DNA from: a metagenome
DNA length: 32,000 nucleotides
Sequence record: ERZ791625.292-NODE-292-length-40431-cov-5.146201
Strand: one strand, 5' to 3'
Below, piece after piece: positions 1 to 8,180 of the stretch. Made by a program: the position numbers and the translations under genes. Below the pieces are notes generated by a model that was given only the letters and a program-made list of their open reading frames with translations, was not told where the DNA came from and ran no database searches. Position 1 is the first letter of the stretch; every line of letters begins with the position of its first letter.

Positions 1-154
1 GCGTGGTACATCCGAGCTGTGCTGCGCTTCGGCTGGAAGAAAGCAAAACTGCTGGCCGCCATAGAATCTCAGGCGTGGATGCATTCTTCTCTCGACGAGC
101 AAGCGATTTCCTGCTATACTGAGGAAAAAGAAGTGTCTCAGGAGAGTGAGAGCG

Positions 155-622
155 ATGAAGAAAATACTCTTTGTGTGCCATGGAAATATCTGTCGCAGTC
201 CGATGGCCGAGTTCGTGATGAAGGACTTGGTCAAGAAGGCTGGGCTGGCATCACAGTTCCATATCGAATCAGCGGCAACCAGCCGGGAGGAAATTGGCAA
301 TCCGGTCTATCCTCCAGCGCGTCGCAAGTTGGCAGAACATGGAATCTCCTGCGACGGTCACGTAGCACGGCAGCTTGCCAATGCCGATTACGAGAACTAC
401 GACTTGCTGATCGGTATGGACAGCGCAAATTTGCGGAATATGCAGCGCATCTGCGGCGGCGATCCGGACGGCAAGCTGCACATCCTGAAGGACTACACCG
501 ACCGCCCCGGAGATGTTGCCGACCCGTGGTACACGGGCGATTTCGAGGCAACGTGGCAGGATGTACTGGAGGGGTGTCAAGGACTGCTGCATGAACTCAT
601 GGAGGGAAACGAAAAATGCTGA
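155..622 (+). CDS. Low-molecular-weight protein-tyrosine phosphatase (LMW-PTP / ArsC-like fold)
   Basis: N-terminal P-loop VCHGNICRSPMAE (C-X5-R-S) and a C-terminal DPWY segment. The ATG at 155 follows GGAGAG; the ORF-track start at 146 is a GTG three codons upstream. The stop overlaps the next ORF. Confidence 0.85.
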   Translation: MKKILFVCHGNICRSPMAEFVMKDLVKKAGLASQFHIESAATSREEIGNPVYPPARRKLAEHGISCDGHVARQLANADYENYDLLIGMDSANLRNMQRICGGDPDGKLHILKDYTDRPGDVADPWYTGDFEATWQDVLEGCQGLLHELMEGNEKC

Positions 623-1623
623 TGAATTCCAACGAATACCTCAATATCGTCGAGTCGATCAAGCAGGAGATCCGCACAGCACAGTACCGTGCAACGGTCA
701 GCGTCAATCGTGAGCTGCTGGTTCTCTACCACTCCATCGGCGAGGTCATCAACGAGCACAAGACATGGGGCAACAAATTTGTTGAAAATCTTGCCGCCGA
801 CATTAAAATGTCTTTTCCGGACGCCACCGGCTACTCGGTGAGAAACCTGAAATATATGGCGAAGTTCGCACTGCGTTTTCCAGAAAAGGAAATTGTGCAA
901 GCGGCGCTTGCACAAATTACTTGGTATCACCATATTGCCCTGATGGACAAGGTGAAGAATGCAGATGAGCATATTTGGTATGCCGAACAAGTTGCTAAAA
1001 ACGGCTGGTCCCGCAACGTGCTGGTCCACCAGATCGAAAGCGGGCTGTATCAGCGGCAGGTGCTGGCGGAGAAGGTATCTAACTTTGAAAGCCGTCTACC
1101 GTCTCCGCAGAGTGAACTCGCGGCCCAGACAATGAAAGACCCGTATATCTTTGATTTTATCCCATTCAAAGAGGATATGATAGAGCGTGACATCGAGCAG
1201 GCTCTGGTCAAGGATGTGACAAAGCTCCTGCTGGAGTTGGGGACCGGCTTTGCGTTCCTCGGCAATCAGTATCACCTCAATGTGGGCGGTGATGACTTCT
1301 ACATCGACCTGCTGTTCTATAACCTGAACCTCCGCTGCTATGTGGTGATCGAGCTAAAGACCGGCGAGTTCAAACCGGAATACGCCGGGCAACTTAACTT
1401 CTACCTTTCTGCCGTGGATGGTATCCTGAAAAAAGAGCAGGACAATCCGTCGATCGGCCTGCTGCTCTGCAAGAGCAAGAATGACCTCGTGGCGGAGTAT
1501 TCGCTCAAGGACATGAGCAAGCCCATCGGCGTCAGTGCCTATCAGATCACCAGCAACCTGCCGGAAGAACTGGAGCGCCAGCTACCGTCTGTGGAGGATA
1601 TCCAGAAGCGGATCAGAAATTAA
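616..1623 (+). CDS. DUF1016 / YhcG-like PD-(D/E)XK nuclease family protein
   Basis: 335 aa. The N-terminal region (QYRATVSVNRELLVLYHSIGEVI, YSVRNLKYMAKFA) and C-terminal core (GDDFYIDLLFYNLNLRCYVVIELKTGEF, a D...E-x-K pattern) are typical of the YhcG/DUF1016 family. The ATG overlaps the PTP stop (ATGCTGA). Confidence 0.75.
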   Translation: MLMNSNEYLNIVESIKQEIRTAQYRATVSVNRELLVLYHSIGEVINEHKTWGNKFVENLAADIKMSFPDATGYSVRNLKYMAKFALRFPEKEIVQAALAQITWYHHIALMDKVKNADEHIWYAEQVAKNGWSRNVLVHQIESGLYQRQVLAEKVSNFESRLPSPQSELAAQTMKDPYIFDFIPFKEDMIERDIEQALVKDVTKLLLELGTGFAFLGNQYHLNVGGDDFYIDLLFYNLNLRCYVVIELKTGEFKPEYAGQLNFYLSAVDGILKKEQDNPSIGLLLCKSKNDLVAEYSLKDMSKPIGVSAYQITSNLPEELERQLPSVEDIQKRIRN

Positions 1624-1754
1624 AATATAGGGGGCAAAGAGGAATTTACCAATACCTCTGGCACAACTCATTGTTTCCCATATGTAGATATTGACACAGC
1701 ATTGATTTGATGTCGCCAAGAACTAACAAGCTTGTTGAAATAGCTGGTTTTTTA

Positions 1755-1783
1755 TTGAATCTCATTTTGAAATATAGCATAAT
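1755..1783 (+). promoter_or_regulatory. Candidate sigma70-type promoter for the OLD-family gene
   Basis: TTGAAT (1755-1760), a 17-nt spacer, then CATAAT (1778-1783), about 50 nt upstream of the RBS/ATG at 1833. This is a pattern match only. Confidence 0.3.
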
Positions 1784-1832
1784 TAGACAACATAGGACGA
1801 GGTATCAAAAAGAATCTAAGGAGAGGGATATA

Positions 1833-3647
1833 ATGAGATTACATGAAGTCATTTTAAAGAATTTCAGAGGTTACTATGGAGAAACAAGAATAGCAATTAG
1901 TGATTTAACAGCCTTGATTGGAAAGAATGACGTCGGAAAATCTACTATCCTTGAGGCGCTCGATATATTCTTTAACCAGTCAAAAATTGATGCTACAGAC
2001 AAAAATATCTTTCATGTAGACGAGGAAACTGTAATCGGGTGTGTTTTCAATGATCTCCCTGCTGAAATTGCATTAGAAAATGCGACAACCTCATTCTCCA
2101 AAGAATACCTGCTTAATCAAGAGGGAAATTTGGAAGTCTTGAAAAAATACTCTTCTAACGGCAAACCTACTATTTGGATCTGCGCTAACCATCCATCAAA
2201 TGATGGATTTAATGATTTGCTATTAAAAAAGAATAATGAATTGAAAACGATGATTCGGGCTGCGCACTTGGAAGATAGTGTAAATCTATCTATTAATTCA
2301 GCCATGCGTGCTGCACTATGGACGTCTTTAGGCAATGCCATTACCTTCGGAACAAAGGAAATTAGTGCAGATCAAGCCGATGAAAAGAAGTTATGGCCTA
2401 AAATTGAGCCGCTTCTTCCTACCTACCGACTATTCAAAGCTGATAGGCCGAGTTCTGAAGATGACAAAGAAGCGCAAGATCCCATGCAACATGCAATGAA
2501 AGCCGCTCTTGAAGAGCAATCGGAGCAATTGACCGCCATTGCTAACGAAGTACAGAGAAAAGTTTCGGAAGTTGCTACAAATACCATTCAAAAATTAAAA
2601 GAATTCGACCCAGATCTCGCTGCAACGCTAACCCCACGATTCAAGAAAGATCCCACGTGGGAAAAGGCATTTTCTTTTTCCTTAACAGGAGATAATTCTA
2701 TCCCATTGAATAATCGTGGAAGTGGAATTCGGAGGCTGGTACTTTTCAGTTTCTTTAGAGCCACAACGGAATCCTCACTCTTTGAAGGGAAAAGCATTAT
2801 CTACGCAATAGAAGAACCTGAAACTTCCCAGCACCCAGATGCTCAAAGAATGATTGTGCGAACCTTACGCGAAATGACGGAAAAAAACGGGTGCCAAGTG
2901 ATTATTACGACGCATGTTCCTGGGTTGGCAGGTTTGCTCCCAATTGAAAGCTTGCGCTATATTACGAATGGTGAAGGCTATCCGGAAGTCGAGGTAGGTA
3001 CTACTGATGGAGTATTACAGCGAATAGCCAATACTTTAGGAGTACTTCCAGATTTAACTCCTCCGTTGATGCCGCAGCATCACAATGTGAAACTTGTGGT
3101 TTGCGTAGAAGGACCGAATGATGTTTCTTTTCTTACTAAAATTAGTCACATTGCACATCAAGAATATCCGGACATTATCGACTTGAACCTTTCACCTGCT
3201 GTAGTTGTTATTCCTTTAGGCGGAGGAGCTTTAAAAGAGTGGGTTAATCACAATTATTTGCAAAAACTTGGAACGCCAGAATACCACATATATGATAGCG
3301 ATAATACTCACGCTCATGCCGCCACTTGCGATAGAGTCAATCGACGGGATGACGGTTCCTCTGCAAGAGAAACCACTAAACGAGAAATGGAAAACTATAT
3401 ACACGCTGACGTTGTAAAAGAACTTTTTAATGTTGATATCGAGATAACTGATACTATGGATGTGCCAACTGAAATTTCCACTTTGATAAGAGAAACAAAT
3501 CCGGAAGGGCCCCGTCCTGATACTGTAAAAAAGAAACTAAATAGTATTGGTGCTGAAAAAATGACCATAGATCTGTTACATAGCAGAGATCCAGATGACG
3601 AAATTCTTGGCTGGCTCAGAGAAATTACCGCATTCGTTGGAGTATAG
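1833..3647 (+). CDS. OLD-family ABC-type ATPase with C-terminal TOPRIM-like nuclease domain (stand-alone)
   Basis: The ATG at 1833 follows AAGGAGAGGG; the ORF-track start at 1707 lacks an RBS. ATPase motifs: Walker A GKNDVGKST, signature-like NNRGSGIRRL, Walker B IIYAIEEPETSQHP, H-loop ITTHVP. The C-terminus has VVCVEGPNDVSFL, VVVIPLGGG and YHIYDSDN (Glu plus DxD, the TOPRIM pattern). Confidence 0.8.
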   Translation: MRLHEVILKNFRGYYGETRIAISDLTALIGKNDVGKSTILEALDIFFNQSKIDATDKNIFHVDEETVIGCVFNDLPAEIALENATTSFSKEYLLNQEGNLEVLKKYSSNGKPTIWICANHPSNDGFNDLLLKKNNELKTMIRAAHLEDSVNLSINSAMRAALWTSLGNAITFGTKEISADQADEKKLWPKIEPLLPTYRLFKADRPSSEDDKEAQDPMQHAMKAALEEQSEQLTAIANEVQRKVSEVATNTIQKLKEFDPDLAATLTPRFKKDPTWEKAFSFSLTGDNSIPLNNRGSGIRRLVLFSFFRATTESSLFEGKSIIYAIEEPETSQHPDAQRMIVRTLREMTEKNGCQVIITTHVPGLAGLLPIESLRYITNGEGYPEVEVGTTDGVLQRIANTLGVLPDLTPPLMPQHHNVKLVVCVEGPNDVSFLTKISHIAHQEYPDIIDLNLSPAVVVIPLGGGALKEWVNHNYLQKLGTPEYHIYDSDNTHAHAATCDRVNRRDDGSSARETTKREMENYIHADVVKELFNVDIEITDTMDVPTEISTLIRETNPEGPRPDTVKKKLNSIGAEKMTIDLLHSRDPDDEILGWLREITAFVGV

Positions 3648-3700
3648 TTTCTACAAACATATCACTAAAAAGAAAATATCCAGATTGGTATAGCTTGCCA

Positions 3701-3741
3701 AAAGACCTCGAAATCGTCTGATTTCGAGGTCTTTTGCTTTT
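3701..3741 (+). terminator. Rho-independent terminator after the OLD-family gene
   Basis: Perfect 14-bp stem AAAGACCTCGAAAT / ATTTCGAGGTCTTT with a 6-nt loop, followed by TGCTTTT. Confidence 0.7.
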
Positions 3742-3759
3742 CATAAGTTCCGTTTTGGG

Positions 3760-5050
3760 TGTACCGCTTTTTCTGACCCAAACGCTGACCCCAACGGGAG
3801 CGGGTAGCGGAAATAAAGTGCTCCCCAAGTCAAGGACATTTTCATTTGACCCATAGCGCAGCATACCGGCGGGGTACTCACCTGTGGTGATGTAGTGGTA
3901 ATATTCGTTAGGGGATAGCTTCGCCAGATCCCACTGGCAGCGGTCGTTGTTGTAGTAATCCATCCAGCGGTCAATGGAGGCTTTGGCGGCCTCAAAAGAC
4001 GTCCACCCCGGAATCTCACTGGCCAGTTCGTCCTTCATGTGCCCGAAGAAGCTCTCTTGGGGCGCGTTGTCCCAGCAGTTCCCTCTGCGGGACATGGACC
4101 GCCGCAGTGCGCTGTTCTCCACCAGCTGGATGAACTTCAGACTGGTGTAGTGGGTCCCTTGGTCGCTGTGGATCACGGTCTCCTTGCTCAGCGAGATCCC
4201 ATGGTGCTTTACCAGCAGCTGGACCGTTTCCAAAACAAAATCCACTTCCAGCCATTCGCTCATCGCATAGGCAAGGACCTGCTTTGTGCAGGCGTCCAGG
4301 ATCGTGGAGAGGTAGCAGAATCTGCCGCAGAGCGGGATGTATGTGATGTCCGTCAGGAAGATGGTTCTCGGCCCATGAGACTCGAATTCCCGGTTGACCA
4401 AATTCTCCGCGGCGCTGCCCATTCGGATGGATCGCTGCAATCTGCGGTAGGGATTCGGCTTTCGGATGGGGCAGGTGAGCTTGTATTTCCGCATCAGGCG
4501 GCGGATCTTCTTCACGTTCATTCGGATACCCATGTGCAAAAGCCGCATATGAATGCCGCGAACGCCCTTTGCGTAGCCCCGGAACCGGTATGCCTTCAGG
4601 ATCTGTTCGAATGCCGCCCGGTCCTTCGCCTCCCGAAGCTCTCTGTTTTTTCAGAACGCACCCAGTTGTAGTAGCCGGAGCGGGAGACACCTGCCAATTC
4701 GCACAGGTCTTTCACGGTGAGGATGTTGTTCCGATCCGCCAACGCGGCGCAAATGGCCTCAAATCTCTCTCCGGCGCTGTCCATGGCTATTCTCCCGGCT
4801 TGCCGTGCAGCCGCATGACTTTTTTTAAGAACGTCATCTGCTGCTGGAGACACAAAATCTCCCGTTTCATGCGTCTGGCGGCTTCGTCAGACGGGGCGGA
4901 CGCCCCCTCTGTCTGGTTGTTCCCGCCGCCTGGTATACGCACACCGCCCCGGGCGCCCTCATGAAAGCCCTCCGGCGATCTGGCCTCCCGCCGGATGCGC
5001 TTTGTAGTATTGTGGATCCGCTCGAAACCCAGAGCTTCCGTGTTATAGCC
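3760..5050 (-). mobile_element. IS3-family (IS150-like) insertion sequence remnant, apparently 5'-truncated
   Basis: Contains a DDE transposase and an OrfA tail with an A7 slippery site. A possible terminal repeat starts TGTACC at 3760. No OrfA start codon or upstream inverted repeat was found. Both boundaries are approximate. Confidence 0.6.
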
Positions 5051-5585
5051 CAGCCCTGCGTTGGATTTTTGTGACGAGGTGCTGCTCGATGGCGAGGTTG
5101 TACGCCGAACCGATCATCTGGTGGATATTTCGCACCGTCTTGGGCGCCAGACCTTTCGGCTTTTTCTTGGCCTCGATGCGGTCTACCCGCCCGCCGTCCA
5201 ACAGGTGTTTGTAGAAGCGTTGTAAGTCCAGAGAAGTCAGGTCTGCCAGCGGGATGCCGCCGATCTGCGGCTTGATGTGGTTCTTCAGAAAGCCTTGCGA
5301 GGCTTTGAACGTGGACGGGCACAATTTCACCTTGGCGTAGTTCTCCATCCACACTTCCAGCCATGTTCCTACCGTGTAGGTCTTGGCCCGTCCGTAGTCG
5401 ATGCCGACATCTTCCTCGATGGCTTTTTTCAGTTTCTCCTTGACCTCGGCCTGCGTCTTGCCGAGAACGTTTTTGATGATGGCCTTGCCAGTTTCCGGAT
5501 CGTGACCGACTGTGTAGCGACCCTCCCAGCGGCCGTCTTTCCGCTTGCGGACGTTCCCTTCTCCGTTTGCTCGTCTTTTCGGCAT
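5043..5585 (-). pseudogene. Tyrosine recombinase (phage-type integrase), N-terminal fragment only
   Basis: The ATG at 5585 follows AAGGAGG. The arm-binding-type N-terminus is MPKRRANGEGNVRKRKDGRWEGRYTVGHDPETGK, followed by a SAM-like core-binding region (...LAPKTVRNIHQMIGSAYNLAIEQHLVTK). The frame stops at 5043. The catalytic R-H-R-Y domain is absent. Confidence 0.7.
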
Positions 5586-5613
5586 AAAATCAGCCTCCTT
5601 TGCCAACGAACAT

Positions 5614-5874
5614 TGCTGGGCGTTTTTGTTCGCGTCGGTGAATACGGTCCTGTCCGCCTACCTCTACTCCACAAAGCGAACCATAGAGGCTGTCGCGGTC
5701 AATGTGCTGCGCGGTCTGATCTTTACGCCGCTATGCGTGGTGGCACTGTCCTTCCTCACCAACGGCGCGCTTCTATGGTTCACCGTGGGAATCGCGGAGG
5801 CGGTCACCTTTATATCAGCCATGGCGATCACCAAGCATTCCGAACAGGGCGGTGTAACGTTTGAAAAGGATTAA
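5614..5874 (+). pseudogene. 3' fragment of a MATE-family efflux transporter gene
   Basis: The translation (FLFASVNTVLSAYLYSTKRTIEAVAVNVLRGLIFTPLCVVALSFLTNGALLWFTVGIAEAVTFISAMAI) aligns by eye with the last two TM helices of the intact MATE at 30582-31913. There is no N-terminal part upstream. It starts immediately beside the integrase fragment. Confidence 0.55.
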
Positions 5875-6013
5875 GTGACCAAGCCGCATGATGACGAAAT
5901 GCAACGGCAGGATCAGCAGGCAAAGCATATCCGATTCCCGCGAAAAAATGCCGCGACGATTTCGTTTCCTTCGTCAACGCTGATTTTTCAAATTCAAATC
6001 ATCCAAACAGGAA

Positions 6014-6045
6014 GGGAAGCGCCAAGCTTTGGCACTTCCCTTTTT
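6014..6045 (+). terminator. Rho-independent terminator
   Basis: Stem GGGAAGCGCCAA / TTGGCACTTCCC with one mismatch, followed by TTTTT. Confidence 0.55.
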
Positions 6046-6103
6046 AAGATTTTCCCCGCTTCAGCGGATCATATCAGCGTACTCACCAAGGTCATATGTC
6101 TTC

Positions 6104-8008
6104 TTACAGTGTGAACACTTCTGCCCTTACTTTCCTCGCCAATTCGCGGGCTTCAATGCTTTCATTGATAGATCTCTTTACCATGGCCGAGACCCGCTCA
6201 ATACTTTTTGCGTCTTTTGCGATCGGAACTATCAGCTCTTTCAGCCGATCACCTAAAGAATCAATAATATCCTGCGAAAAGGTCTTTGCAAAGATCTGCT
6301 GTCTTACATATTCCGATGAAAGGGCCGCCAACAAATAGTATTTGTCGAGATTATATTTATTGTCTTCAGCAACCCTTATTTTATATAAATGGCTTTGATA
6401 AACGATCTTTGTATCATATTTTGTGATCATCGCACAGGTCCCTATTAAGTAAGAGCCGTCTTTGACCATAAGAATATCGCCTTCACGAACGTCCTGCTTT
6501 TCTGCAAAGCTGTTATATATTTCCTCGCTCAGCAGATGCTTCGGATCGGATTTGATTTCCCAGTTGGAAATATCAGAAGTCCGGACAAATGGCACCGTTC
6601 CTGTCCCATAAGCTAATTTTCCAACTTCATTTCCGGTTGCAACTTCAATTACTTTTTCGTTTATCAGCTGGCCGATCGATACCATTGTGTGAGTATCACC
6701 CAGTCCCTCATCGTTTTGTATCCCAAAAACATAAGAACGAGGCGCAAGGACATTATTTGTGATCTGGCTTCTGCTTACTACAAATCCAAGATTGCTGTTT
6801 TTAAAGTACTCATCATTTTTGAACTTAAAATATGTATCAAGAATGTCGGGCAGGTCATCTTTCGGTATTTCTCGCCCGCGTGAATCATGCCCGCACCATT
6901 TTGCTTCAGCCATAAAGATCCTGTAATCTTTACGGTCTTCCTTTTTCTTTTTTTCCAGAACAAGCAAGCAGGTTTTGGTATGTGTTCCTCCCTTACCAGA
7001 TGTCTTAAACAGTACGTCCGGCATTCCCACAATTGCGCGAATATAGCAGGATCTTAAAATATATTCTACAACATAGGAATATTTTTTATTTGAAATCATA
7101 CTCTCGGGAACTACAATTCCAATCGTTCCGCCCGCTTTTGCAAGATTCACGCATTGCTCCATAAAAACGACTTGCGGCGCTACCGACTCATTGATGCTGT
7201 CGGTCTTTACCGCCGGTCCCTCTTTTGTTTTTCTGTATTTGTAGGCAAGGTCAAATTTTGAAAGCGTCTCAGCAGTTCCCACCTGAATATTCACTCCAAA
7301 CGGGGGATTCGTCAGCACAACATCATACTGAGATCCTCCTTTCCCCAACACGTTTTCATCCCAAACAAGGCTATCGGCGCATCGGATCGTTTTTGTCTTC
7401 TGTCCCATACACGCGAGGTGTACCTTGGCCAATCGCGTAAGATAGTTATCCTTATCAACACCGTAAAGGCTATTATCCGTGATCTTATTATTCTGTTTGC
7501 TCCAGTATTTCAAAGCTGCCACAAGGAACCCGCCGGATCCGCATGCAGGGTCAATAATGCGGCTTTTAGGGCTCGGTGCAACCATTTTCACAAGGGCTTC
7601 CGCTGCATTTTGCGGCGTAAAGAATTGTCCGGACTGACCTTTAATCGCATCTCCCATAAATATCTCATAAGCATCGCCAATAATATCTCGCTCCAAATTA
7701 AACAAATCGAGTTGATTGAGCTTTGAATCAATGTACTTGATGCTTACCGGATCCAACTCGATCTCACAAGTTTCGTCCTGATAAATATCTTCGTGATGCT
7801 TTAAAACGGTTTTAAATGTTTTTCTATATAAGCTTGCAAGATCAACGTCTTCTACTCTTTCTGTATTCTCGCATTTTAACTCATGCTTGCAAAAAACAAG
7901 CTTAATGACCTCATCCAAAAAGAATTCATCCCTGGTAGCTCCCAAGAACCTTCCTGCCAGGAAATTTCGAATATCCCAAAATGTATCTTTAGCCGAGAAA
8001 GTAACCAT
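6104..8008 (-). CDS. N6-adenine DNA methyltransferase (gamma class, HsdM-like) fused to a single HsdS-like target-recognition domain
   Basis: Motif I IIDPACGSGGFL and motif IV VLTNPPFG. The C-terminal ~200 aa resemble an HsdS half: a TRD followed by the conserved helix (...LKELIVPIAKDAKSIERVSAMVKRSINESIEARELARKV). An AGGAGA RBS precedes the ATG at 8008. Confidence 0.85.
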   Translation of the reverse strand: MVTFSAKDTFWDIRNFLAGRFLGATRDEFFLDEVIKLVFCKHELKCENTERVEDVDLASLYRKTFKTVLKHHEDIYQDETCEIELDPVSIKYIDSKLNQLDLFNLERDIIGDAYEIFMGDAIKGQSGQFFTPQNAAEALVKMVAPSPKSRIIDPACGSGGFLVAALKYWSKQNNKITDNSLYGVDKDNYLTRLAKVHLACMGQKTKTIRCADSLVWDENVLGKGGSQYDVVLTNPPFGVNIQVGTAETLSKFDLAYKYRKTKEGPAVKTDSINESVAPQVVFMEQCVNLAKAGGTIGIVVPESMISNKKYSYVVEYILRSCYIRAIVGMPDVLFKTSGKGGTHTKTCLLVLEKKKKEDRKDYRIFMAEAKWCGHDSRGREIPKDDLPDILDTYFKFKNDEYFKNSNLGFVVSRSQITNNVLAPRSYVFGIQNDEGLGDTHTMVSIGQLINEKVIEVATGNEVGKLAYGTGTVPFVRTSDISNWEIKSDPKHLLSEEIYNSFAEKQDVREGDILMVKDGSYLIGTCAMITKYDTKIVYQSHLYKIRVAEDNKYNLDKYYLLAALSSEYVRQQIFAKTFSQDIIDSLGDRLKELIVPIAKDAKSIERVSAMVKRSINESIEARELARKVRAEVFTL

Positions 8009-8180
8009 GTACGTCTCCTCTTTTGATCTTATTCCATGTTTGGATTATACTATAATTCACGATCTGATTCAACGCATTTTATGTTTCATAACATGTCCTA
8101 TAGATATCTATTTTCAGGATATGTACATTTTGCTTTGTTCGTGATAGAATACAGGCACAACATAACTACGGAGGTTCTCG

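Larger units (their letters stand above)
3625..5050 (-). pseudogene. IS3-family transposase OrfA'-OrfB (DDE), disrupted
   Basis: The OrfA tail (...SDEAARRMKREILCLQQQMTFLKK) ends at a TAG at 4787-4789. An A7 run (4820-4826, complement) gives the canonical -1 shift into ...KSHAAARQAG...LCELAGVSRSGYYNWVRSEK. A second -1 shift at an A6 run (4646-4651) is needed to reach KNRELREAKDRAAFEQILKAYRFRGYAKG... and the DDE core (LTDITY, HSDQGTHY, WDNAPQESFF). No initiator codon exists for OrfA. The OrfB frame reads through the putative IS end to 3625. Confidence 0.65.

Noticed and set aside
19-594. 191-aa ORF overlapping the LMW-PTP gene in another frame, plus the minus-strand ORFs at 231-551 and 269-592.
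   Set aside because: The PTP frame has the catalytic C-X5-R motif and an RBS. The overlapping frames have no motifs and show Arg/Pro-rich composition.
1833-3647. Considered calling this gene Gabija GajA.
   Set aside because: No UvrD/GajB-like helicase gene follows it. A strong terminator and then an IS remnant lie downstream, so only the broader OLD-family/TOPRIM call is supported.
4016-4690. 224-aa (-) and 210-aa (+, 4039-4671) ORFs inside the IS3 remnant.
   Set aside because: They are alternative frames of the transposase region. Only the frame that carries the DDE motifs is credible.
5875-6338. Small ORFs (75-80 aa) at 5875-6114, 6029-6256 and 6096-6338.
   Set aside because: They have no RBS or motifs. 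They overlap the terminator region or the 3' end of the methyltransferase gene in other frames.
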